64,000 bases of DNA, from contig NZ_JAQCNO010000071.1 of the NCBI RefSeq assembly GCF_028274965.1, positions 69,505 to 133,504 on the forward strand, written 5' to 3'. The DNA comes from Natronomonas sp. (GTDB taxonomy: Archaea > Halobacteriota > Halobacteria > Halobacteriales > Haloarculaceae). This document shows positions 52,712-63,406 of the stretch, in pieces (position 1 is the first letter of the stretch; each line of letters starts with the position of its first letter). The notes under the pieces are model-generated. The model saw only the letters and a list, made by a program, of their open reading frames with translations, was not told the origin of the DNA and made no database searches. A program made the translations under genes and the position numbers.

Positions 52712-53554
52712 ATGGCCCGACGAAGCGTGCTGTTTTCGCCCGGTGACGAGCCGGAACTGATGCGGAAAGCCCCCGGGACGGACGCCGATACGGTCGTGTT
52801 CGACCTCGAGGACGCCGTCGCTCCCGGTCGGAAGGCGACGGCGCGGGCGGCGGTCAACGAGGTGCTGACCGACCCGGCGTTCGATCCGGACTGTGAGGTC
52901 TGCGTCCGGTTCAACGCCGACCCCGAGACGGCCGCCGAGGACGCCGCGGCGGTTCTCGAGGGCGACGGCCGGATCGACGCGGCGATGGCGCCGAAGGCCG
53001 GGTCTGCGGCGGACGTCGATCGCCTCCACGAGGAACTCGAAGCGAACGGGCGCGATCTGCCGGTCATCGCGCTGTGTGAGTCCGCGGCGGGCGTGCTCAA
53101 CGCAGAGGGGATCGCCGGGGCCGATCCGGTCGACGCGATCGCCTTCGGGGCGGAGGACCTGGCGGCCGACATCGGCGCGACCCGGACCGAGGCGGGCACG
53201 GAAATCTCCCACGCCCGACAGCACGTCGTCTTAGCGGCCGGCGCGGCGGGCGTCGACGCCATCGACACGCTCGTGACCGACATCGGCGCGACCGAGCGGC
53301 TGGCCGAGGAGACGGCGTTCGCCCGGGGGCTCGGATACGACGGGAAGATGGCGATCCACCCGGGGCAGGTCGGCGTCATCAACGAGGCGTTCACGCCCGA
53401 CCCCGAGGACGTCGAGTGGGCCAGGAAGGTCCTCGACGCGGCCGAGACGGCCGACCGGGGCGTCTTCCGCGTCGACGACGAGATGATCGACGCGCCGCTG
53501 ATCGCGCGCGCAGAGACGATCATCGACAGACACGACGCCGCGACAGACGGGTGA
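52712..53554 (+). CDS. citE: HpcH/HpaI aldolase / citrate-lyase beta-subunit-like (CitE, acyl-CoA lyase) protein
   Basis: SVLFSPGD, VVFDLEDAV, FGAEDLAADIG and KMAIHPGQV motifs are present. Confidence 0.75.
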   Translation: MARRSVLFSPGDEPELMRKAPGTDADTVVFDLEDAVAPGRKATARAAVNEVLTDPAFDPDCEVCVRFNADPETAAEDAAAVLEGDGRIDAAMAPKAGSAADVDRLHEELEANGRDLPVIALCESAAGVLNAEGIAGADPVDAIAFGAEDLAADIGATRTEAGTEISHARQHVVLAAGAAGVDAIDTLVTDIGATERLAEETAFARGLGYDGKMAIHPGQVGVINEAFTPDPEDVEWARKVLDAAETADRGVFRVDDEMIDAPLIARAETIIDRHDAATDG

Positions 53555-53623
53555 GGCGATCGCCCTCCGGGGGGTGTCGGACGCGGACGGGAATTTAAGC
53601 CGCAGGTGCCCGACAGTGTATGC

Positions 53624-54883
53624 ATGACCGACGCAGCCAACCCCTTCGAGAGCCTCCAAGAGCAGATCGAGGACGCCGCCGAGTACGTCGAGGTCTCCGC
53701 CGACGCCCTCGAACGGTTCAAGAACCCCGAGCGCGTGCTCGAGACGAACCTCTCGGTGGAACTCGACGACGGCTCTCTCGGCGTGTTCCGGGCGTACCGC
53801 TCGCAGTTCAACGGCGACCGGGGGCCCTACAAGGGCGGCATCCGGTATCATCCCGGGGTGACGCGCGACGAGGTCAAGGCGCTGTCCGGCTGGATGGTTT
53901 ACAAATGCGCGGTCGTGGACATCCCCTACGGCGGCGGGAAGGGCGGGATCGTCATCGACCCCCGGCAGTACTCGGCGGCCGAACTCGAGCGGATCACGCG
54001 GGCCTTCGCGGTCGAACTCCGGCCGCTCATCGGCGAGGACCGCGACGTCCCCGCGCCGGACGTCAACACCGGCCAACGGGAGATGAACTGGATCAAAGAC
54101 ACCTACGAGACGCTGGAGAACACGACCGAACCGGGCGTCGTCACGGGGAAGGCGATCGAGTCCGGCGGGTCGCGGGGCCGCGTCGAGGCGACGGGGCGCT
54201 CGACGATGCTCACCGCCCGGGAGGCGTTCTCGTACTTCGATCGGGAGATCGAGGGCGCGTCCGTCGCCGTGCAGGGCTACGGCAACGTCGGCAGCGTCGC
54301 GGCGAGGCTCATAGACGCCGAACTCGGCGCGGACGTCGTTGCGGTCTCGGACTCCTCGGGGGCGGTACACGACCCCGAGGGCCTCGATCCGGACGCGGTC
54401 AAGGCGTTCAAAAACGAGACCGGATCGGTCTCCGGGTACGACGGGGCCACAGAGGAGTTCGGCAACGACGAGCTGTTGACCCTCGACGTGGATCTCCTCG
54501 TCCCGGCGGCCTTGGAGAACGCGATCGACGGCGACCTCGCCCGGGACGTCGAGGCCGACGTCATCGTCGAGGCGGCGAACGGGCCCCTGACGCCGGCGGC
54601 CGACGACGTGTTGCGCGAACGCGACGTCGCCGTCTTCCCGGACATCCTCGCCAACGCCGGGGGCGTCACGGTGTCGTACTTCGAGTGGGTCCAGAACCGC
54701 CAGCGGTTCAGTTGGACGAAAGAGCGCGTCAACGAGGAGCTCGAGCGGCACATCGTCGAGGCGTTCGACGGCCTGATCGACTGTTATGAGTCGTACGGCG
54801 CCCCGAACTTCCGGACCGCGGCCTACGTGGTCGCGCTCCGGCGCGTCCTCTCGGCGTACGAGGAGTCCGGCAGTTGGCCCTGA
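53624..54883 (+). CDS. gdhA: Glutamate dehydrogenase
   Basis: [18 protein letters not shown] and the Rossmann motif QGYGNVG are present. ATG at 53624 lies 24 nt after aatttaag. Confidence 0.9.
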   Translation: MTDAANPFESLQEQIEDAAEYVEVSADALERFKNPERVLETNLSVELDDGSLGVFRAYRSQFNGDRGPYKGGIRYHPGVTRDEVKALSGWMVYKCAVVDIPYGGGKGGIVIDPRQYSAAELERITRAFAVELRPLIGEDRDVPAPDVNTGQREMNWIKDTYETLENTTEPGVVTGKAIESGGSRGRVEATGRSTMLTAREAFSYFDREIEGASVAVQGYGNVGSVAARLIDAELGADVVAVSDSSGAVHDPEGLDPDAVKAFKNETGSVSGYDGATEEFGNDELLTLDVDLLVPAALENAIDGDLARDVEADVIVEAANGPLTPAADDVLRERDVAVFPDILANAGGVTVSYFEWVQNRQRFSWTKERVNEELERHIVEAFDGLIDCYESYGAPNFRTAAYVVALRRVLSAYEESGSWP

Positions 54884-54907
54884 TCTTCTCCCCTTCGCCC
54901 GGACGGG

Positions 54908-55381
54908 TCAGGCCGCTTCCACGGCGGCGATGATCTCCTCGTAGTCGGGCTCGTCGACCAGTTCCTCGGCGACCCAGCGGTACGCGACCGTCCCGTCGCC
55001 GTCGAGGACGAAGACGGCGCGGTCGGCGATGCCGTACCGGCCCTGTTCGGGGATGTCGATCTCGACGCCGTAGGCCCGCAGCGCCTCGCCGCTCATGTCG
55101 CTGACGAGGTCGAAGGAGATCCCCTGTTGGTCGCCGAACGCCTCAAGAGAGTACGCCGCGTCGGCGCTGATACCGAAGACGGTCGCGCCGGCCTCGCGTA
55201 TGCGGTCGAGGTGCTCCTCGAGGACGACGACCTCGTTCGAGCAGACCGGGGCGAACGCCGCCGGGAAGAACGCGAGGACGACCGGGCCGTCGCCGAGGTG
55301 ATCGGACAGTTCGAACGGGTCGTGATCGCTCGTTCCGAGCGTCGCGGAGATGTCGGGAGCGGCGTCACCTTCTCGTGGCAT
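54908..55381 (-). CDS. bcp: Peroxiredoxin (Bcp-like)
   Basis: Start is ATG at 55381 (MPREGDAAPD). The active site is FFPAAFAPVCSNE. Confidence 0.8.
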   Translation of the reverse strand: MPREGDAAPDISATLGTSDHDPFELSDHLGDGPVVLAFFPAAFAPVCSNEVVVLEEHLDRIREAGATVFGISADAAYSLEAFGDQQGISFDLVSDMSGEALRAYGVEIDIPEQGRYGIADRAVFVLDGDGTVAYRWVAEELVDEPDYEEIIAAVEAA

Positions 55382-55484
55382 TACCCGGTACCAGCGAGGG
55401 GACGGTCTTAAATCCACCACCGGCGCGGGGGCGAAGCGGGGGGCGTAGCGAAAGGACAAAGACGCGCCCCGCGCAGGGGTCGGT

Positions 55485-56456
55485 ATGAAGGCGACCGCGA
55501 GGGCGCACCCGATACAGGGGCTGATCAAGTACCACGGGATGCGCGACGAGACGCTCCGGCTCCCGTACCACGATTCGATCTCCGTCTGTACGGCGCCGAG
55601 TCACACCACGACGACGGCGGCGTTCGATCCGGAGCTGTCCGCCGACCGCTACGTCGTCGACGGCGAGGAGATCGACGAGACGGGGGCCGAGCGGCTCGAA
55701 CGCGTCGTCGATCACGTCAGAGAGCGCGCCGGGATCGACCACCGGGTCCGCTTCGAGTCGGTCAACGACTTCCCGACGAACATCGGGTTCGGGTCCTCTT
55801 CGTCGGGGTTCGCCGCCGCCGCGGTCGCGCTGGCCGAGGCCGCCGGGCTCGAGTTGAGCCGCCCGGAGCTGTCGACGATCGCCCGCCGGGGCTCCTCGTC
55901 GGCCGCGCGCGCCGTGACCGGGGCGTTCTCGCAGCTCCGGACCGGGCTCGACGACGCCGACTGCCGCGCCGAGCGCATCGACACCGGTCTCGGGGCGGAA
56001 CTCCGGATCGTCGCCGCCGAGATCCCGGCGTTCAAACACACAGCTCGCGCACACGAGGAGGCCGCCGACAGCCACATGTTCCGGGCGCGTCTGGCGCACA
56101 TCCACGAGCAGATCGCGACGATGCGGAACGCGCTCCGGGAGGACGATTTCGGTCGGGCGTTCGAACTCGCCGAGGACGACTCGCTGTCGCTGGCGGCGAC
56201 GACGATGACGGGCCCCTCCGGGTGGGTCTACTGGCAGCCGGAGACACTCGAGGTGTTCGAGACCGTCCGGACGCTGCGGGAGGAGGGCCTGCCGGTGTAC
56301 TTCTCGACCGACACCGGCGCGTCCGTGTACGTCAACACGACCGCCGAGCACGTCGATCGGGTCGAAGGGGAGATCGACGAGTTGGGCATCGAAACGCGCG
56401 TCTGGGAGGTCGGCGGTCCGGCGACCGTCCTCGGGGCGGACGACGCGCTGTTTTGA
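55485..56456 (+). CDS. Phosphomevalonate decarboxylase (diphosphomevalonate-decarboxylase family GHMP enzyme)
   Basis: N-terminus is ARAHPIQGLIKYHG and the GHMP motif is GFGSSSSGFAA. In haloarchaea this family acts on phosphomevalonate. Substrate specificity cannot be read from the sequence alone. Confidence 0.7.
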   Translation: MKATARAHPIQGLIKYHGMRDETLRLPYHDSISVCTAPSHTTTTAAFDPELSADRYVVDGEEIDETGAERLERVVDHVRERAGIDHRVRFESVNDFPTNIGFGSSSSGFAAAAVALAEAAGLELSRPELSTIARRGSSSAARAVTGAFSQLRTGLDDADCRAERIDTGLGAELRIVAAEIPAFKHTARAHEEAADSHMFRARLAHIHEQIATMRNALREDDFGRAFELAEDDSLSLAATTMTGPSGWVYWQPETLEVFETVRTLREEGLPVYFSTDTGASVYVNTTAEHVDRVEGEIDELGIETRVWEVGGPATVLGADDALF

Positions 56457-56562
56457 GCACCCAGGGAGTGTGGTGGAGGCGGTCGTAGGGGCTCGCGCCA
56501 CGGAAGCCGCGGCTCCTGCCGGGAAGAGGGGGGTTGAAATATCTCCCGGGTAAGGTACGATC

Positions 56563-58419
56563 GTGGCTTCGAGCATACTTTCGGTGATGGCGGCCATCTT
56601 AGTGTTGGGTATTGGGGCACAGCTCGTCGCCAGGCGGCTCAAGGTCCCCAGTGTTCTCTTTTTGATCCTCATCGGGCTCGTGTTGGGCGAGTCGGGGATC
56701 GGGCTCGTCACGCTCGAGACGTTCGGGGACGGACTCGGCGTCATCGTCGGGCTGAGCGTCTCTATCATCGTCTTCGACGGCGCCTTCGACCTCAAACTCG
56801 AGCGGCTCCGGGAGGCCCCCAACTCGCTGTTGCGGATCGTCACGGTCGGCGCGCTGATGACGTTTCTCGGGACGGCCCTCGCAGTCCGGCTCCTCGTCGG
56901 GACCGAGTGGCCGACGGCGCTTCTCATCGGTGCGCTCCTCGTCGCGACGGGGCCGACGGTCATCACGCCGATCCTGGAGGTCGTTCAGGTCCGGGAACAC
57001 GTCGCGTCGCTGCTCGAGGGCGAAGGTATCGTCAACGACGTGACGGCCGCCATAACAGCTGTCGTCATCTTCGAGGTGCTCGTCATCGGCGAGGGCGGGG
57101 TGACAGAGAGCCTCATCGAGTTCGGGATCAGGTTCGGTCTCGGCGTGACGATCGGCATACTCATCGCCGTGATCGTGTACAAGATCCTCCAGGCGGACAT
57201 CACGCCCGAGAGCGCCCCGCAGGCGTCGCGTTTCCTGACCATCGCGGCGGCCGTCGGGGCATACGGGGCGGCCGAGGTGTTTGCGACAGAGGCCGGGATC
57301 GCGGCCGCCGCAACCGCGGGGGTCGTCCTCGGCAACCTCGAGGTGCCCCACCGCGAGGAGATGGAGGAGTTCGGGCGCGACGCGACGCTTATCGTCCTCT
57401 CGTTCGTCTTCATCGCGCTGGCCGCGCTCATCGACATCGGCGCGATCGCCGCGTTGGGGCTCGCGGGCATCGGCATCGTCCTGGCGGTGGCGCTCGTCAT
57501 CAGACCGCTCGTCGTCGGCGTCGCAACGGCCGGGATCGAGCGGTTCACCCGCGGGGAGAAGCTCTTTTTGAGCGCCGTCGGACCGCGCGGGATCATCCCC
57601 GCCAGCGTGGCGACGCTTTTCGCCATCGAGTTGGCCGAAAGCGGAGCCCCCGAGACCGGACAGACGCTTCTCGGGGCCGTCTTCGTCGTCATCTTCGCAA
57701 CCGTCGTCCTCGAGGCGGGGCTGTCCAGACAGATCGGGGACTTCTTCGGAGTAACACCAATGCGCACACTCATCGTCGGCGGCGGCCGGGTCGGTCGGGC
57801 GCTCGCCACACGGCTGGAGAACAGAGGCGAGTTCGTCGTCATCATCGAACGCGACGAGGAGAGACTCGAACGCGCCCGCGACGAGGGCTTTACCGTCCGT
57901 TCCGGCGACGGAACCGAGGCCAGCGTGCTACAGGACGCGGGGATCGACGAGGCGAAGATGGTCATCGCGGCCACCGGGGACGACGACCGGAACCTGCTCG
58001 TCTGCCAACTCGCCCGCTCGAAGTTCGGCGTCGAGCGCGTCTTCTCGCGGGTGAACAACCCCGACAACGTCGACGCCTTCGACACGCTCGACGTGACCGC
58101 GATCGACGTTTCGACGGCGACCGCATTCACCATCGACAACGAGATCGAGCGGCCGGCGATCGCCCACTGGATGAACGAGCTGGGCGACGACCACGACGTC
58201 CAGGAGATCGAAGTGACCGCGGAGAACCTCGTGGGCAAGACGATCGCCGAGCTCAACGCGGAGATCCCCGACGGCGTCATCGTCGCCGTCATCGGCCGGG
58301 GCGACGACTCACACGTTCCGTCGGCCGAAGACTCACTCGAGTACGGCGATCACATCACCTTCGTCGGCGACGTGGCCGGGGTCAAACAGGCCGTCAAGCG
58401 GTTCCACCCCCACGAGTGA
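56563..58419 (+). CDS. CPA1 Na+/H+ exchanger (NhaP-type) fused to TrkA-N and TrkA-C (RCK) domains
   Basis: About 400 aa of polytopic sequence starting GIGAQLVARRLKVPSVLFLILIGLVLG. This is followed by IVGGGRVGRALA (Rossmann) and a C-terminal TrkA-C-like segment. Confidence 0.8.
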   Translation: MASSILSVMAAILVLGIGAQLVARRLKVPSVLFLILIGLVLGESGIGLVTLETFGDGLGVIVGLSVSIIVFDGAFDLKLERLREAPNSLLRIVTVGALMTFLGTALAVRLLVGTEWPTALLIGALLVATGPTVITPILEVVQVREHVASLLEGEGIVNDVTAAITAVVIFEVLVIGEGGVTESLIEFGIRFGLGVTIGILIAVIVYKILQADITPESAPQASRFLTIAAAVGAYGAAEVFATEAGIAAAATAGVVLGNLEVPHREEMEEFGRDATLIVLSFVFIALAALIDIGAIAALGLAGIGIVLAVALVIRPLVVGVATAGIERFTRGEKLFLSAVGPRGIIPASVATLFAIELAESGAPETGQTLLGAVFVVIFATVVLEAGLSRQIGDFFGVTPMRTLIVGGGRVGRALATRLENRGEFVVIIERDEERLERARDEGFTVRSGDGTEASVLQDAGIDEAKMVIAATGDDDRNLLVCQLARSKFGVERVFSRVNNPDNVDAFDTLDVTAIDVSTATAFTIDNEIERPAIAHWMNELGDDHDVQEIEVTAENLVGKTIAELNAEIPDGVIVAVIGRGDDSHVPSAEDSLEYGDHITFVGDVAGVKQAVKRFHPHE

Positions 58420-58489
58420 CCGCGTCCGCGTCGGCCGTCCGTCCGACGCCGGCGGTACACATACGTACCGGGAAGGACAGATCGAACCC

Positions 58490-59227
58490 GTGAGCGAGTA
58501 CTACGTCGGGAGCGTCGCCCGGAACGGCGTCTGGCTCGCGGTCGCGTACGCCGACGGCGAGTACGACCACGCCGCCGTCGTCGACGGCGTCGGGGAGCTT
58601 TGGACCCGCTACGAGGAGACCGCGGCCCGGATCGCCGTCGACGTCCCGATCGGGCTCGGATCGACGGCGTCGCCCCGCCCGAACGAGCGGGCGGCCCGCG
58701 AGTTGTTGAGCGAGCGGGCCGACGCCGTCGTCCCCGCGCCGGTCCGGGAGGCGGTCAAGAAACAGCGCTACCGGACCGCCTCGCGCGTCCACGAGCGGAA
58801 GACCGGCCGGGAGCTCCCGCGGGCGGCCTTCGAATCGGCGGGCCGAACGGCGGCGATGGACGAGTTCCTCGACGCGATCGACGAGGCGCGGCCGGTGTTC
58901 GTCGAGGCGGCCCCCGAGATCTGTTATTACGCGTTCGCCGGCGAGGCGATGTCCGACGCGCCCGGGTTCGCCGCCGGGTACGCCGAGCGGATGCGGACGC
59001 TCGCCGAGTTCGACCGGGACGCGCCGCCGACGGTCCAGTCGGTCGCGGAGGCGACGGTCGGCCACCGGGTCCCGGTGCCGGCCGTCGTCGACGGCGTCGC
59101 GCTCGGGCTGACGGTTCGGCCCGGTCCCGGGGAGTTGCGCTCGCTGCCGGCCGATCCGCCGAGGGACGACCGGGGGCTTCCCACGCGGTACGTCTACCGG
59201 AGCGAATCGGCGATACCCGACGCCTAA
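58490..59227 (+). CDS. DUF429-like protein
   Basis: GTG start. VGVDVPIGL-type motif is present (IAVDVPIGLG). Family assignment is tentative. Confidence 0.5.
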   Translation: MSEYYVGSVARNGVWLAVAYADGEYDHAAVVDGVGELWTRYEETAARIAVDVPIGLGSTASPRPNERAARELLSERADAVVPAPVREAVKKQRYRTASRVHERKTGRELPRAAFESAGRTAAMDEFLDAIDEARPVFVEAAPEICYYAFAGEAMSDAPGFAAGYAERMRTLAEFDRDAPPTVQSVAEATVGHRVPVPAVVDGVALGLTVRPGPGELRSLPADPPRDDRGLPTRYVYRSESAIPDA

Positions 59228-59233
59228 ACTGCT

Positions 59234-60376
59234 TCACTCGCCGTAGACGGTCGTGTTCGGGTTGAAGTTCGACCAGCCCCGCCAGAACATCGGCGGGTCG
59301 TCGTTCGCCCGTTCGAGCCGTTCGCCCTCGCGTGGGCCGTCGATCGCGCGGCCGCTCGACCGTTCGAACCGCGAGCCGTCGATCTCGATGTAGCGCTCGC
59401 CGGCGGCGGCGACGGACCGTTCGGTCCCGTCGAGGCGGCGCTCGTAGGCGACGAGCGTCCCGTCCGGCGTGACCGTGACGACGACCGGGAGGCCGCCGAC
59501 GGAGTCGGTGACGACGCCGCGTTCGGAGACGACGCCGAAGGGGTACGCCCGCGTCTCGGAGCCGTTCGAGACGCCGACGACGAGCGTCCGCGGCTCTAAG
59601 CCCTCGCCGTCGAACCCGATGATCTGTGACTCCGACTCGTAGCTGTACTTCGACTCGAAGTACGCCGAGTCCCGGTGTCGTCCGGTGATCGTCTCCGAGT
59701 CCGGCGGCGGGAGCAACACGTCGGTCCCCGGGTGTGAGCGCCGCCACTCGCCCCACGAGGACAGCGTCGAGCGGACGACCCCGAGGCGTTCGCCGGTCCG
59801 GGGCCCGCGGATCGCGGTCGCGAAGATCTGGCTCCAGAGGCTCTCCGTGGCCGCGTCGTACATCACGAGGTCGTCGCGCCACAGCCGCCCGGAGACGCCG
59901 AACACCGTCGGCTCGCCGTCGACGCGGCGCTCGACGACGACGCTGCTGCCGCACAGCACGCAGTACGTCACCGCGATCGGACCGCCGAACTCGTCGTTGA
60001 CGATCTCGTGCCAATCGAGGACGCGGAGCGGGTACGCCCGGGCGTCGCCGTCGCGTTCGATCCCGATGACTGCGGTCTCGTCCGGGAGCGTCGGGTCCTC
60101 GACGTCGTCGGGATCGAGGCCGCTCCAGTCGTCGGCGAACGCCGGCTCCGTGATCGCCGGGATGAAATCGCGCCCGACCTGCGTCCGGAGGTCCTCGCGC
60201 GGAACGGGGAGTTCGACCCCGGGGATCGTCTGGGGCGGGTCCTCGCCGCCGGTATCATCTTCGCTCGTGTCGCCGTCTCGGGGCCCCTCCGGGGGCTCGT
60301 CTCCGGCGTAGCCGACGACGCAGCCGCCGCTGGGGACGGTCGCGGCGGCGATCCCGAGAAAGCGGCGGCGGTTCAT
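59234..60376 (-). CDS. DUF3179 domain lipoprotein
   Basis: Tat-like signal MNRRRFLGIAAATVPSGGC. AYPLRVLDWHEIVND..VTYCVLCGS..VSGRLWRDDLVMYD is typical of DUF3179. Confidence 0.65.
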   Translation of the reverse strand: MNRRRFLGIAAATVPSGGCVVGYAGDEPPEGPRDGDTSEDDTGGEDPPQTIPGVELPVPREDLRTQVGRDFIPAITEPAFADDWSGLDPDDVEDPTLPDETAVIGIERDGDARAYPLRVLDWHEIVNDEFGGPIAVTYCVLCGSSVVVERRVDGEPTVFGVSGRLWRDDLVMYDAATESLWSQIFATAIRGPRTGERLGVVRSTLSSWGEWRRSHPGTDVLLPPPDSETITGRHRDSAYFESKYSYESESQIIGFDGEGLEPRTLVVGVSNGSETRAYPFGVVSERGVVTDSVGGLPVVVTVTPDGTLVAYERRLDGTERSVAAAGERYIEIDGSRFERSSGRAIDGPREGERLERANDDPPMFWRGWSNFNPNTTVYGE

Positions 60377-60501
60377 TGCGGTGTGATACCGCGTTGTCGA
60401 ATAAAAACGCGACGGGCTGGTGTGTGACGATCACACGAGTGCGCGTCGCCCGCGAAACGCCGCGACGCAACGTTTAGTACCGGACCCTCGTATGGAGGCT
60501 C

Positions 60502-61938
60502 ATGGACGGGTTCGCCTCGGCGGCCGACATCGCGGCGGCCGTCCGGAGCGGCGAGTCGAGCCCCACGGCGGTCGTCGAGGCGACCCTCGACCGGATCGAG
60601 TCCCGGCGCGACGTGACGAACGCGTTCGTCAACGTGTTGCCGGGCGAGGCGAGATCGCGCGCACGGGCGGTCGAGGCGGACCTCGAGGCGGGCGCGGACC
60701 TCCCGCTCGCGGGCGTGCCGGTGGCGATAAAGGACCTCTCGGAGACGAAGGCCGGCGTTCCGAACACGATGGGGCTCCGCCCGTTCTCGGACAACGTCGC
60801 CGAGCGGACGAGCGTGACGGTCCGGCGGCTCGAGGCGGCCGGAGCGATCGTCGTCGGGACGACGAACACCCCCGAACTCGGCCACCGCGTCAGGACGGAC
60901 AACCTGCTGTGCGGGCCGACGGCGACGCCGTTCGAGGCGGGCCGAAACGCGGGGGGCTCCTCGGGCGGGTCGGCGGCCGCCGTCGCCGACGGCCTCTGTG
61001 CGCTCGCGACGGGCTCGGACGTCGGCGGGTCGCTCCGGAACCCCGCCGCGTGTTGCGGCGTCGTCTCGATCAAGCCGAGCCACGGCCTGATCCCGCGCGG
61101 AAACCGGATCAACGGGTTCCGGGGGCACACGCCCGTCGGGACGCTCGGGCCGATCGCGCGGGACGTCGAGAGCCTCGCGATCGGCCTCGACGTGATGGCC
61201 GGGGCCGACCCGATCGATCCGTTCAGCGTCCCGACGCCGGCCTCGTACCGACCGGCGGTCGGCGGAGAGCCCGCCCCCGAGGAGGTGTCGATCGCGTACA
61301 CGCCGGATCTGGGCGCGTTCGCGGTCGATCCGGCCGTTAGAACGGCGATCGAGGGGACGCTCTCGGAACTCGAGGCCGCCGGGGCGACCGTCGAGGAGGT
61401 CCCGATCGAGACGCCACAAAAGGCGGCGATGACCCGGGCGTATCTGACCACGGCGACGACGTACTTCGCCACGGCCGTCGCCGAGATCGGCGAGGCGTTC
61501 GGCATCGACCTCCTCGCGGACCACCGGGAGGAGCTCCCCGAGCGGCTCCGGTCGATCGTCTCGGTCGGCGAGCGAAACGACATCGCGGCGTACACCCGCA
61601 GCGACTTCGTCCGGACGGAGCTGTACCACGCCGTCGAGACCGCCCTCTCGGGGCACGACGCCGTGGCGTGTCCCGCACTTGCGACGCCGCCGCTGACCCA
61701 CGAGGAGCCGTTCCCGACGACGATCGACGGCGAACCCACCGAGGGCCTGCCGAGCGACTGGACCCTCGCGTGGCCGTTCAATCTGAGCGGCCACCCCGTC
61801 CTCAGCGTGCCGGCCGGCACGGCCGAGGGGCTTCCCGTCGGGATGCAACTCGTCGGCGCGACGTACGACGAGACGACGCTTCTCCGCGTCGGGGCGGCGA
61901 TCGAGGCGGTCTCGCCGTGGACGTACCCGGACGCCTGA
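60502..61938 (+). CDS. Amidase-signature family amidase (GatA-like)
   Basis: GVPVAIKDL (catalytic Lys) and GGSSGGSAAAVA (Ser-cisSer) are present. Confidence 0.85.
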   Translation: MDGFASAADIAAAVRSGESSPTAVVEATLDRIESRRDVTNAFVNVLPGEARSRARAVEADLEAGADLPLAGVPVAIKDLSETKAGVPNTMGLRPFSDNVAERTSVTVRRLEAAGAIVVGTTNTPELGHRVRTDNLLCGPTATPFEAGRNAGGSSGGSAAAVADGLCALATGSDVGGSLRNPAACCGVVSIKPSHGLIPRGNRINGFRGHTPVGTLGPIARDVESLAIGLDVMAGADPIDPFSVPTPASYRPAVGGEPAPEEVSIAYTPDLGAFAVDPAVRTAIEGTLSELEAAGATVEEVPIETPQKAAMTRAYLTTATTYFATAVAEIGEAFGIDLLADHREELPERLRSIVSVGERNDIAAYTRSDFVRTELYHAVETALSGHDAVACPALATPPLTHEEPFPTTIDGEPTEGLPSDWTLAWPFNLSGHPVLSVPAGTAEGLPVGMQLVGATYDETTLLRVGAAIEAVSPWTYPDA

Positions 61939-61984
61939 AAGCGGGAGGCGAAGTCGACCCGGAGTCAGAAGGGAGGCGGGCGGC

Positions 61985-62317
61985 TCAGTCGTCGGCGGCG
62001 GCCGCGTCCGAGCCGTCGAGTTCGGCGTCGGCCTCGATGCTCGGCGGGTACTTCCCGCGGTCGAGTCTCAGATCGGACTGCGGGCGGGCCATGCAGGTCA
62101 GCGCGTAGCGCTCGCGCTCGGCCTCGGTCAGGCCGCGGGCCGCGGGCTGGGTGACGCTGCCCTCGAGGATCTCGGCCGAACAGGCCAGACACATCCCGAC
62201 GCGACAGGAGTACTCCTGTGCGATGCCCTCCTCGATGCACCGCTGGAGGATGGTGTCCTTCTCGGAGACCGTGATCGTCTCGCCGGTCCCGACGAACTCG
62301 ACGGTGTGCTCGGTCAT
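61985..62317 (-). CDS. Plant-type [2Fe-2S] ferredoxin
   Basis: Start is ATG at 62317 (MTEHTVEF). Cys pattern is CRVGMCLAC ... LTC. Confidence 0.8.
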   Translation of the reverse strand: MTEHTVEFVGTGETITVSEKDTILQRCIEEGIAQEYSCRVGMCLACSAEILEGSVTQPAARGLTEAERERYALTCMARPQSDLRLDRGKYPPSIEADAELDGSDAAAADD

Positions 62318-62380
62318 GCCCGCCGTTTGGGGGAACCCGGACAAAACTCTTTACCAACGCGGCGCTCGGAGCCGCGGCCG

Positions 62381-63349
62381 CTACATGTAGCCGAGATCGC
62401 GGAGCCGCTCCATCAGGTCCTCTTTGTCCTGGGCGCGGCCGGCCCGTTCCGTCGTGTTCTCGAGGTCCTGGAGCCACGCCGGCTCCTCGTCGCTCTTTTC
62501 GGTGGAGATCTCGCTGCCGAGCGACCGGAACCCGGCGAAGTACTTCGGGGAGACCGGGATGTCCTCGTGCGTGAGGCCGTTCGGCAGGTCGTCGTAGTCC
62601 TGCGGGACGTACCCGTCGTCCGGGAAGTCCTCGACGGACTCGGGGACGACGTAGTACCAGAAGGCGTCCCACACGTCGCTCTCGTCGAACTGCAGGATCG
62701 GCTGGATGCGGTCGTGCGGCGGGTAGATGTCGGGGTCGTGTCGCGGCGAGAAGAACGTCTCCTCGGCGCGGGCCTCCTGTTCGTCCCACCGGATGCCCGA
62801 GATGATGCCGTCGATGTCGCGCTCCTCGAGGGTGTTGTTGAGCGCGACCGTCTTCAGCAGGTGGTTGCCGACGTACGTGTCGAGCAAGAACGGGAACGTC
62901 TCGTCGTCGTACTCGAGGATCTCCCGGACGTGGTGTCGGTTGTGCTCCGAGAGCTCGGCGACCTCGATGTCGTCGCCCGGCTCGAGGCCGTGTTCCTCGA
63001 CGTACGCGCCGACGTCCTCGTTGCGGGCGAAGACGACCTCGAGGTCCCACGCGTCGGCCCAGCGGTCGACGAACTCGAGCAGTTCGTCGAAGTGCTGGTA
63101 GTGGTCGATGAAGACGGTCGGCGGGAGGTCGAACCCGTACTGTTCGACGACCTCCTTGACGAAGTACAGCGTCAGCGTCGAGTCCTTCCCCCCGGTCCAC
63201 ATGATCGCCGGGTTCTCGTACTCCTCGAGGCCGGTCGTGACGACCTCGATCGCCTTCTCGATCTTGTCCTCCAAGGCGGGGTAGTCGGCGGCGGTCTCGC
63301 CCTCCCCCTCGGCGTACGATACGTCGACGTACTCCGGGAACTCGCTCAT
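62381..63349 (-). CDS. PAPS reductase / CysD-like PP-loop ATP pyrophosphatase family protein
   Basis: PP-loop WTGGKDSTL is present. The C-terminus ERAGRAQDKEDLMERLRDLGYM resembles CysD-type ends. Confidence 0.7.
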   Translation of the reverse strand: MSEFPEYVDVSYAEGEGETAADYPALEDKIEKAIEVVTTGLEEYENPAIMWTGGKDSTLTLYFVKEVVEQYGFDLPPTVFIDHYQHFDELLEFVDRWADAWDLEVVFARNEDVGAYVEEHGLEPGDDIEVAELSEHNRHHVREILEYDDETFPFLLDTYVGNHLLKTVALNNTLEERDIDGIISGIRWDEQEARAEETFFSPRHDPDIYPPHDRIQPILQFDESDVWDAFWYYVVPESVEDFPDDGYVPQDYDDLPNGLTHEDIPVSPKYFAGFRSLGSEISTEKSDEEPAWLQDLENTTERAGRAQDKEDLMERLRDLGYM

Positions 63350-63406
63350 GGTGTGTAATGAGATATAATTAGCGAACTAATGTGCGTTTCGGGTTCGGGC
63401 GGCCGC

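Noticed and set aside
63350-63406. TATA-like atataatt (63363-63370) as a leaderless promoter for the PAPS-reductase-like gene
   Set aside because: It lies only 13 nt from the ATG at 63349, too close for the 20-24-nt spacing seen elsewhere. The promoter or start-codon assignment there is unresolved, so I do not report it as a feature.
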